From Deinococcales bacterium (lineage in GTDB: Bacteria > Deinococcota > Deinococci > Deinococcales > JAAFIG01): a DNA stretch of 12,296 bases. Every line of letters begins with the position of its first letter. Position 1 is the first letter of the stretch. A program made the translations under genes and the position numbers. Below, in pieces: positions 6,371 to 12,296 of this stretch. Location of the stretch: contig JAYWGM010000103.1 in assembly GCA_043778225.1 (NCBI GenBank), positions 1 through 12,296 of the forward strand. The letters run 5' to 3'. The notes beneath the pieces were generated by a model that was given only the letters and a program-made list of their open reading frames with translations, searched no databases and had not been told where the DNA came from.

Positions 6371-7947
6371 TTACGGCAGAGTTACGCTGCATTGCCCGTT
6401 CGATTCCCGCCTGGTGCTTGGCAGGATTGTTGTTGCTGCTCGAGGCGTTACCCGCCAACCGAGCCAGTGTTTGGGATGGGCTAAGTTTCTTATTTTGGTT
6501 ACAAACTGCTTGGGGACAAGCGGGTTTCTGGGGTGGTGTTATTGCTGTGATGCTGGCACAACGCGATACTTTACTGGGCGCAACCGAGTACCTTGTACCA
6601 AGTTCATTGTCTCGAGTGCGGTACTTGGGTGGGCAAATGCTTGCCATGATGATTGGTATTTTGGTGTTCTGTGCGGCGATTACCGTGGTAGTTTTCTTGC
6701 GCGACCCACCCGAGAATCTGACCAATTTTCATTGGTGGCTTGTGCTGGACGAACTGATACTTTCTTTCTTCTTGGCTGCCTTTGGATTACTGGTTGGACA
6801 CCGATTTCGTTCACCACTGGCTCTGGTTTTACCTGTCGTGGCATGGTTTAGTTTAACTTGGATCAGCAACGCTAACCTCGAGCCTTACACGGTACTCCCA
6901 ATTTTAGATGTGACTTGCAGCCGAATTTTGGGTTGCCCCAATATGCCTTATGCTTTACATCATGGTTTATGGCTTGGATTACTGGTCTTGTTGTTGCTGG
7001 CAACATTTTTTGTAACCCGACCCACACCTTGGAATCAATCGGTACGGCAAGCCCAACTCCTGATTGCCCTACTATTCACCTCGAGTTTACTGATTGTTGG
7101 TAGCTTACCGATTCTGGCGCAAGTCACAAGTAGCATTCCTAAACGAATTTGGAACAGTCCTAAAACATGGATTAAACTCGAGCGGAAAACCTTTGACACA
7201 CCCTTGTACCGCCAAAAACTTGCTTGTGTTGGTGTTACGCCCAAAGTTTGCTTATTGCCAGGACAAGTTGCACTCGCTACCCGAGTTTATGATGCCTTAC
7301 TGCGCTTAAAAGCCATACAGCCTAAAATTCAGTTACGAGACGTGATTGCCTATCCTGATTTGGTGGGCATTGATGATTACAAAACCTTTGAAACACCCAC
7401 CACGCTTTACATTTCCGAAACATCCCTAAAAGATGCTCGAGCTACACAAGTTTATAGTGAAACAACCAATGTAAAAACTGGGCAAGTTATCAAGCAACAC
7501 ATTACACAATTACAAGATTTAATCCTGATTCACGCTGTTCTTGACCATACATTATTTGGTAAACCCCGACAAAAAACCATTCAAGTTACAGCCGAAAACC
7601 TGAAAACTTTTCCTGCCAATATGCGCCAGCATCTAAACATTGGCGCTAGTTTCATGACCACCAACAAATCCTTTCCGACTGAACTGGCTATTTCCTTGTA
7701 CCTCGAGTGGTTAGCGCTTCGTGACGATGCGGCTTGGACAGAACAACAAGCGGGTATCAATGACAGCACAGATACATCTTTTGTGTACATGGGAATTTTT
7801 GAGGGGATTCAAGATGCCAAGCAACTCTGGAACTTAGGTCAGAAAATCGGTCATGCTCGAGTCGTCAAACGTATTCTGGGATTACAAAAAAATCCTGCCA
7901 TTCAAACCATGAAATTCAAGGATGTACTGCTCGAGGTGAGCCAATGA
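6367..7947 (+). CDS. ABC-2-type permease with a large C-terminal extracytoplasmic domain
   Basis: ATGA coupling; about 7 hydrophobic segments in the first ~250 aa, followed by a ~270-aa soluble domain. Confidence 0.75.
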   Translation: MITAELRCIARSIPAWCLAGLLLLLEALPANRASVWDGLSFLFWLQTAWGQAGFWGGVIAVMLAQRDTLLGATEYLVPSSLSRVRYLGGQMLAMMIGILVFCAAITVVVFLRDPPENLTNFHWWLVLDELILSFFLAAFGLLVGHRFRSPLALVLPVVAWFSLTWISNANLEPYTVLPILDVTCSRILGCPNMPYALHHGLWLGLLVLLLLATFFVTRPTPWNQSVRQAQLLIALLFTSSLLIVGSLPILAQVTSSIPKRIWNSPKTWIKLERKTFDTPLYRQKLACVGVTPKVCLLPGQVALATRVYDALLRLKAIQPKIQLRDVIAYPDLVGIDDYKTFETPTTLYISETSLKDARATQVYSETTNVKTGQVIKQHITQLQDLILIHAVLDHTLFGKPRQKTIQVTAENLKTFPANMRQHLNIGASFMTTNKSFPTELAISLYLEWLALRDDAAWTEQQAGINDSTDTSFVYMGIFEGIQDAKQLWNLGQKIGHARVVKRILGLQKNPAIQTMKFKDVLLEVSQ

Positions 7948-8870
7948 TTCGGCTTTGGTACGAACTTCGTGGCAGTGGTATACCTGCTTTGGCAACCATT
8001 GGCTTGGGCTTGATTCTGACCATTTTATTTGCGGTCTTAAATACCGAAGGCTCGATTGCTCAAGTACGAAACATTATGATTTTTCTTGCTACCACACTTG
8101 GTTTAGCCCTTGCGCTGCTGCCTTCGCCCGCCACGGACAGGGCTTGGGAATTAACCCGCAATGCAGCCGAAGCTGACGGTACAAGAGAACTTTTGCACAG
8201 CCTCGTTAGCCTTGGCATAATTGGTATTTGTTTTACTGCCCTAACAGTGTTCTTAAACGCCCCACCAGAAAGTTTTGAATGGTTTATCCCTCGAGCCATC
8301 TGGTTTTCTGCTGCCAGTGCTGCCACTGTTCTAGCCACCCGCAACACCAGTTTCGCCGTGGGTATTGTTGCACTGTTATTTGTACTGCCGTACTGCCCAA
8401 TGCCTCAAGCTATTAACCCAATTATCCTGCAAGAATCTCGGCTCGAGTTGCACGTTCTGACAGCCATCATGGCGTTGCTTGTCCCATTTTTTTACCGAGG
8501 ATTTTTGCCACGCCGCACCACCCAAATAGCCATTGCTCTGAGCTTATGTGCCATTGCTTTAGTACCACTTTGGCGCTTACAGAACCGCTCAGTCTTGCTC
8601 GAGACAACAGCCCCCAAAGGTTTGCCTGAACGCACGATGCTACTGATCGAAACGCCTTGGGCAAAGTTTCAACTTGCCGAACTCAACCGTTTTCAAACAG
8701 AAGCTCGAGAATTAAAAGGAATTGTGATACGCGGTGTGTATCGCTACCCAAATCGTCCTTATGAACTTATCAATGCTTATGCTGCCGAGAAATTCGTGGT
8801 TGCATTTGGAATTCATGCTTTTCCAATTCGGATTTGGCTCGAGCATAGCAAAGCACGGGTTTTGCCCTAA
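7944..8870 (+). CDS. Second ABC permease-like membrane protein with a short C-terminal soluble (thioredoxin-like?) domain
   Basis: ATGA coupling and SD GAGGTGA. N-terminal 'LWYELR' and 'DRAWEL' loop typical of this permease class, about 7 TM segments, and an ~90-aa tail. Confidence 0.7.
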   Translation: MIRLWYELRGSGIPALATIGLGLILTILFAVLNTEGSIAQVRNIMIFLATTLGLALALLPSPATDRAWELTRNAAEADGTRELLHSLVSLGIIGICFTALTVFLNAPPESFEWFIPRAIWFSAASAATVLATRNTSFAVGIVALLFVLPYCPMPQAINPIILQESRLELHVLTAIMALLVPFFYRGFLPRRTTQIAIALSLCAIALVPLWRLQNRSVLLETTAPKGLPERTMLLIETPWAKFQLAELNRFQTEARELKGIVIRGVYRYPNRPYELINAYAAEKFVVAFGIHAFPIRIWLEHSKARVLP

Positions 8871-8880
8871 ACTTTGGCAG

Positions 8881-8896
8881 TAGACTAAAAATTGTG
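8881..8896 (+). promoter_or_regulatory. -10 box TAGACT 7 nt before GTG 8894 (leaderless-type promoter of the MFS gene)
   Basis: Sequence TAGACT-AAAAATT-GTG, with no SD. Confidence 0.55.
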
Positions 8897-10141
8897 AGCG
8901 TTCAAACCATTCCTAATCGTCCGAATTTACAAAGCATCTGGCAGGATTTAAGCAGCCCTGTGAAACGTAATCTAATAATTTTATTTATTGCCCAAGCCCT
9001 CGCCACCAGTTCCACCACAGTCTCCACAACCCTCTCGAGCATCATAATTTTTAACATTACAGCTTCTGAAAGCCTGTCGGGATTGCCGAGTACCATTAAC
9101 TTTTTTATGTCCGCCGTGACTGCCTACTGGGCTGGGCGAATCATGCAGACCAAAGGACGGCGCTTTGGACTGGGTTGGGGTTACGCCATTGGGGTGATTG
9201 GCGCAATTCTAGCCGCAACCATGGCACTCGAGAAGAACTTAATTGGTTTTTTGATTGGTGGGGCATTGGTCGGTGCTGCCAACGGAGCGATTCAACAAGC
9301 CAAGTACGCGGCTGGCGAGATGGTCTCGAGTAATGTGCGCGGTACGGTGATTGGTGCGCTTGTCACAGGCAGTGCTTTTGGCAGTCTTCTCAGTTGGGCA
9401 GTTGCGCCTTTGGTGCAAGGCTTGGCAAAATCTCAAAGTATTCCGACCATCGAATTCGGTTGGTACTTAGGGGCGTTCTGGTTATTGCTCGGTGCGTTAA
9501 TCATTTTTTTTGGGTTACGTCCAGACCCGAGTAGCCTAGCCGTGCAAGAAACGCGAGTGGTCTCGAGTGGCGTGGCTCGGGATTGGGCGGTATTGCTCAA
9601 AATTCCCGAAATGCGTCTGGCGCTGGTTTCGATGGGACTAGGGCAGATGGTGATGACGAGCTTAATGGTTTTGATGCCATTGCACGCTAAGCACCTTGGA
9701 CACGAAGAAAGTGCCACTGGTTTAATTTCGGTGCATATTTTAGGAATGTTTGCTTTTGGTTGGCTGACAGGGCGCTTGGTGGATAATTGGGGGCGCAAAA
9801 TCATCATTCAACTCGGGGCTGCTCTGCTGATGCTTTCGGCATTTGTGGCGGTTTTTGCAACCCGACCACTCGAGATGGGCTTTAGTTTATTTGTACTTGG
9901 TTTGGGCTGGAATTTTTGCAGTGTCGCTGGAACAACCCTGCTTACCGACCAACTCGAGGCGCATGAACGTGCTTCGGTGCAAGGCAGTGCCGAACTTGTG
10001 GTCTGGATGTGCGCCGCCATAGGTGCGCTAGGCGGCGGCTTAATTGTGGGTGCATTTGGCTTTCCAGTCATTGGTTGGGTGGCACTGGGCGTTGGCGCAT
10101 TGCCAATGCTGGCAACATGGTTAATTGGTCGGCAGAAATAA
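8894..10141 (+). CDS. Major facilitator superfamily transporter (~12 TM), substrate unknown
   Basis: MFS motif-A copies 'GRIMQTKGRR' and 'GRLVDNWGRK'. The 'HILGMF' and 'LGLGWNF' motifs recall the RfnT-like MFS subfamily (from memory, unverified). Confidence 0.92.
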   Translation: MSVQTIPNRPNLQSIWQDLSSPVKRNLIILFIAQALATSSTTVSTTLSSIIIFNITASESLSGLPSTINFFMSAVTAYWAGRIMQTKGRRFGLGWGYAIGVIGAILAATMALEKNLIGFLIGGALVGAANGAIQQAKYAAGEMVSSNVRGTVIGALVTGSAFGSLLSWAVAPLVQGLAKSQSIPTIEFGWYLGAFWLLLGALIIFFGLRPDPSSLAVQETRVVSSGVARDWAVLLKIPEMRLALVSMGLGQMVMTSLMVLMPLHAKHLGHEESATGLISVHILGMFAFGWLTGRLVDNWGRKIIIQLGAALLMLSAFVAVFATRPLEMGFSLFVLGLGWNFCSVAGTTLLTDQLEAHERASVQGSAELVVWMCAAIGALGGGLIVGAFGFPVIGWVALGVGALPMLATWLIGRQK

Positions 10142-10289
10142 TTTTTGGTTTGACCCGCTCTAAGTAACTCATCAGTTCTAACAAGCTCGAGAAGCGTAGC
10201 ACAACACCATTTCCCTCGAGTATCGCTTGCCAAGGTTGTCCTGCTTGGGCAGGAATTATTCGTAGGCGATACTCGAGACTGGTATCCAT
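10068..10289 (-). CDS. Small hypothetical protein (73 aa) coupled to the lipoprotein gene
   Basis: ATG lies 2 nt after the lipoprotein TAA (TAA-TC-ATG). The pattern 'Y.LRI......WQA.LE......RF.SL.EL..YLE' looks like a compact conserved domain. The last 74 nt overlap the MFS 3' end on the opposite strand. Confidence 0.65.
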   Translation of the reverse strand: MDTSLEYRLRIIPAQAGQPWQAILEGNGVVLRFSSLLELMSYLERVKPKIISADQLTMLPALAMRQRPVPPNQ

Positions 10290-10291
10290 GA

Positions 10292-11992
10292 TTAGTATTT
10301 CAAAGCAACGTTTTTGCTTGTGCCTGCGCCAGTGTTAGCACACTCGTTTAAGCCACTCGAGGGTGGTGGGGCTGCCATTGGCGCAAGTCCAGCCCCTATT
10401 TTTCCTGCTAAGGTGCAAGATTTAATCGTGAAATTCCAAGTCTTGGTGGTTTTGCCGCCGCTCGAGTCGGTCACGGTTGCGGTAATGGTTTTTAGACCAG
10501 CCGCACCGATGTAGCTGTAATCAGTAAATTTATGTCCAGAACCCAGTGCCGTACTTTGTTTAATGCCAGCAATTGTCCATTCGACACTGCAACACGCCCA
10601 GCCATCCTCGAGGTCGTCGGTGTTGATGTCTATGGTTGGGATAATAAAATAATCGTTTCCTGCTAATGCACCAGTCGTGAAGGTTTGTTTGGGCAGTTCG
10701 ATGGTCTCAAACTCGAGTGGGGCTTTAATAATAATGCTTGGTTTGGTGTTGGGTGCTTCGGCAACTGTCCAGCGTTTCTCAAAAATTTCGTAGCTGACAT
10801 CGGTGCTCAATAAGCCAAATAAACTGAGTTCTAAACCAAGGCTGACATCGAGTCCCGCATCCAAAGACCAAGTTGGGGTGCGTGGAAAACCAGCCTCAAA
10901 GGTCACAAAACCACCCAAGGTGGCAATCGGACCGCCAATGCCGTAAACCAAAATACTGGCGGTGGCATCTACCCGAGCTTCAACATCCATGTCCAAGCTA
11001 ACACTGGCGCTCGAGGTGTAGGACTTACTAAAGGTGCTATAGGTGTCAAATTTGCCGTCCTCGAGTTCTAGCCCTGCGGTAAAACTCATGGTTTGGTTGC
11101 TTGTCCAATCAAAGCCAACGCTAACTTGCCCGCTAATAGAAGCCTCGAGTTTAATGCTTGGCACAAAGACAAGCGGTACAAAACCAATAGGAATGGTAAT
11201 AATTGGCAACGGAATTGTGCCGAGTAAAACTTTTTTATCAATTGTTTTTGCCAGTTCGCCCGTCACGGTTAAGTTGGTGCTTTCGGTGATGGTAACGTTG
11301 GTATCTAAGTACGGTTTGGTGCAAAGAAAACCTTGGCAAATAAAGACAAAATCAAAATCTAGGCTGATGTCCACGCTCCCCAAAACGCAGACTTGGTCGT
11401 TGGTGGTGTTTTTGTTGCCATCGGTGTTAATAGGGCAAAAATCTATTTGGACTGGAAAAATTAAGCCTTTGTTGCTGGCTCGAGTTTTTTGTAAGGCTTG
11501 TTTTTGACCATTGGCGAGAATCATGTACGGCGCATCGGTCAGTTTCATTTTGCGTTTGACCCGAAAACCCCCAGCTTCAAAAACCTCGTTGAGTTTAGCC
11601 TGCTCGGTTTTGACCCGTACCTGACCTGCTTCTTGAGTAACCGCCGTTATTTTGCGTAAAAAACCTTGGCGGGCTTTTACGCCAGCTTTGCCCACCAGAA
11701 TATTGCCAACGGCTAATTTTTGGCTCGCCCCACTTGGTAATTGGGCTTGGTCAAAAATAATTTCGCCCGTGGACTTGACCACTTTGACCACCGCATCCAA
11801 GAATCTATCGGTAATCGGCACAACTTTACTCGAGACTTTGGTATCTGGTTGGACCCGAGCATCGGCAGCCGAGGCTTCGATAATTGGGGTATCGTCGGTG
11901 TCGTTCTCGGCAACAATCGGGGTTGGTGCAATTGTGTTACAAGCAGCGAGGACGAACATAAAAAGCACAGCCATCAGAACAAGTTTTTTCAT
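10292..11992 (-). CDS. Large secreted lipoprotein, beta-rich core with a C-terminal PKD/Ig-like domain
   Basis: Signal peptide MKKLVLMAVLFMFVLAA-C (lipobox) and SD AAGGAG. Acidic/Pro linker, long runs of alternating beta strands, and C-terminal 'KTITATVTDSSGGKTTKTWNFTI'. Confidence 0.88.
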   Translation of the reverse strand: MKKLVLMAVLFMFVLAACNTIAPTPIVAENDTDDTPIIEASAADARVQPDTKVSSKVVPITDRFLDAVVKVVKSTGEIIFDQAQLPSGASQKLAVGNILVGKAGVKARQGFLRKITAVTQEAGQVRVKTEQAKLNEVFEAGGFRVKRKMKLTDAPYMILANGQKQALQKTRASNKGLIFPVQIDFCPINTDGNKNTTNDQVCVLGSVDISLDFDFVFICQGFLCTKPYLDTNVTITESTNLTVTGELAKTIDKKVLLGTIPLPIITIPIGFVPLVFVPSIKLEASISGQVSVGFDWTSNQTMSFTAGLELEDGKFDTYSTFSKSYTSSASVSLDMDVEARVDATASILVYGIGGPIATLGGFVTFEAGFPRTPTWSLDAGLDVSLGLELSLFGLLSTDVSYEIFEKRWTVAEAPNTKPSIIIKAPLEFETIELPKQTFTTGALAGNDYFIIPTIDINTDDLEDGWACCSVEWTIAGIKQSTALGSGHKFTDYSYIGAAGLKTITATVTDSSGGKTTKTWNFTIKSCTLAGKIGAGLAPMAAPPPSSGLNECANTGAGTSKNVALKY

Positions 11993-12014
11993 AGATAACT
12001 CCTTTGGTGAGGCT

Positions 12015-12046
12015 ACTTTGCTCTAGCTGCGTTTCATGGGCGTTTC
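12015..12046 (-). promoter_or_regulatory. SARP-box-like direct repeats GAAACGC-N4-GAAACGC, 8 nt upstream of a weak -10 (CAAAGT) for the lipoprotein operon
   Basis: GCGTTTC at 12029-12035 and 12040-12046 (11-bp period), an 8-nt spacer at 12021-12028, and ACTTTG at 12015-12020. Confidence 0.65.
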
Positions 12047-12062
12047 TCGAGTAGAGTGATTT

Positions 12063-12296
12063 ATGGAACTTCTGTTGTTTGGCTCGCCCAGAGTCGAAGG
12101 GTCGCTCGAGTCCATTCCGCTCGAACGACCTGCGTGGTTGTGTCTGTACTTGGTGATGCGTGCCGATTGGGTATCTCGAGACGAACTGGCGTGTTTGTTC
12201 CGCCCTGAGACCGATGATGTTACGGCACTTTCGGCTTTGCGCTTAATTTTGCATCGGGCAAAGAAATTTTTGTGGGCTGCCAGCCTCGAAATCGAA
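12063..12296 (+). CDS. AfsR/SARP-family transcriptional regulator, N-terminal winged-helix region (runs off window)
   Basis: Not in the ORF track. Open from ATG 12063 to the end of the window: MELLLFGSPRVEG...PAWLCLYLVMRADWVSRDELACLFRPETDDVTALSALRLILHRAKKFLWAASLEIE, matching the 'L.LlG.P...LL.YL.....sR.eLa.Lf.P......LR..L.r' pattern. A -10-like TAGAGT lies 5 nt upstream. Confidence 0.85.
   Translation, partial: MELLLFGSPRVEGSLESIPLERPAWLCLYLVMRADWVSRDELACLFRPETDDVTALSALRLILHRAKKFLWAASLEIE

Larger units (their letters stand above)
133..12180. repeat. Dispersed highly iterated palindrome CTCGAG (~73 copies)
   Basis: Hand count of about 73, for example at 133, 164, 585, 743, 793, 870, 981, 1256, 2035, 2205, 3302, 3309, 3347, 3796, 3820, 3850, 4138, 4152, 10186, 10215, 10272, 12046, 12105 and 12175. 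About 3 are expected (12291/4096). Confidence 0.95.

Noticed and set aside
536..12026. Other short or antisense ORFs in the track (e.g. 536-844, 2129-2323, 2488-2964, 4922-5473, 5770-6273, 6354-6851, 9433-9807, 11043-11507)
   Set aside because: They overlap better-supported genes on the opposite strand or in another frame and show no recognisable motifs.
133..12180. XhoI sites as a cloning or ligation artefact
   Set aside because: The sites lie inside intact, in-frame conserved genes in all codon phases without breaking homology.
1..12296. tRNA or rRNA genes, defence systems, prophage genes, or a CTCGAG methyltransferase
   Set aside because: No supporting motifs were seen in this window. 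Any enzyme linked to the palindrome would have to be encoded elsewhere.

Overview
Bacterial chromosomal window, most likely from a Deinococcota (Deinococcales-like) organism. This assignment rests on a Deinococcus-type PRPP synthetase and several leaderless-type promoters, although the GC content looks moderate for that phylum. Gene order: right end of an IS5-family (IS1031-group) element; prs; a GNAT gene remnant; a stand-alone histone-H1-like Lys/Ala/Pro repeat protein with a structured leader; ptb; a MazG-like gene remnant; a membrane-anchored Ig-like protein; a five-gene coupled operon (ECF sigma, anti-sigma-like membrane protein, ABC ATPase, two permeases); an MFS transporter; and a module in which an AfsR/SARP-type regulator (truncated by the window edge) is divergent from a large lipoprotein and a small coupled protein, with SARP-box-like repeats between them. 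The most striking signal is at DNA level. The palindrome CTCGAG occurs about 73 times by hand count, against about 3 expected under a uniform model. It appears in all three codon phases and in intergenic DNA, resembling a highly iterated palindrome analogous to cyanobacterial HIP1. All family assignments come from motif recognition; no database searches were run.
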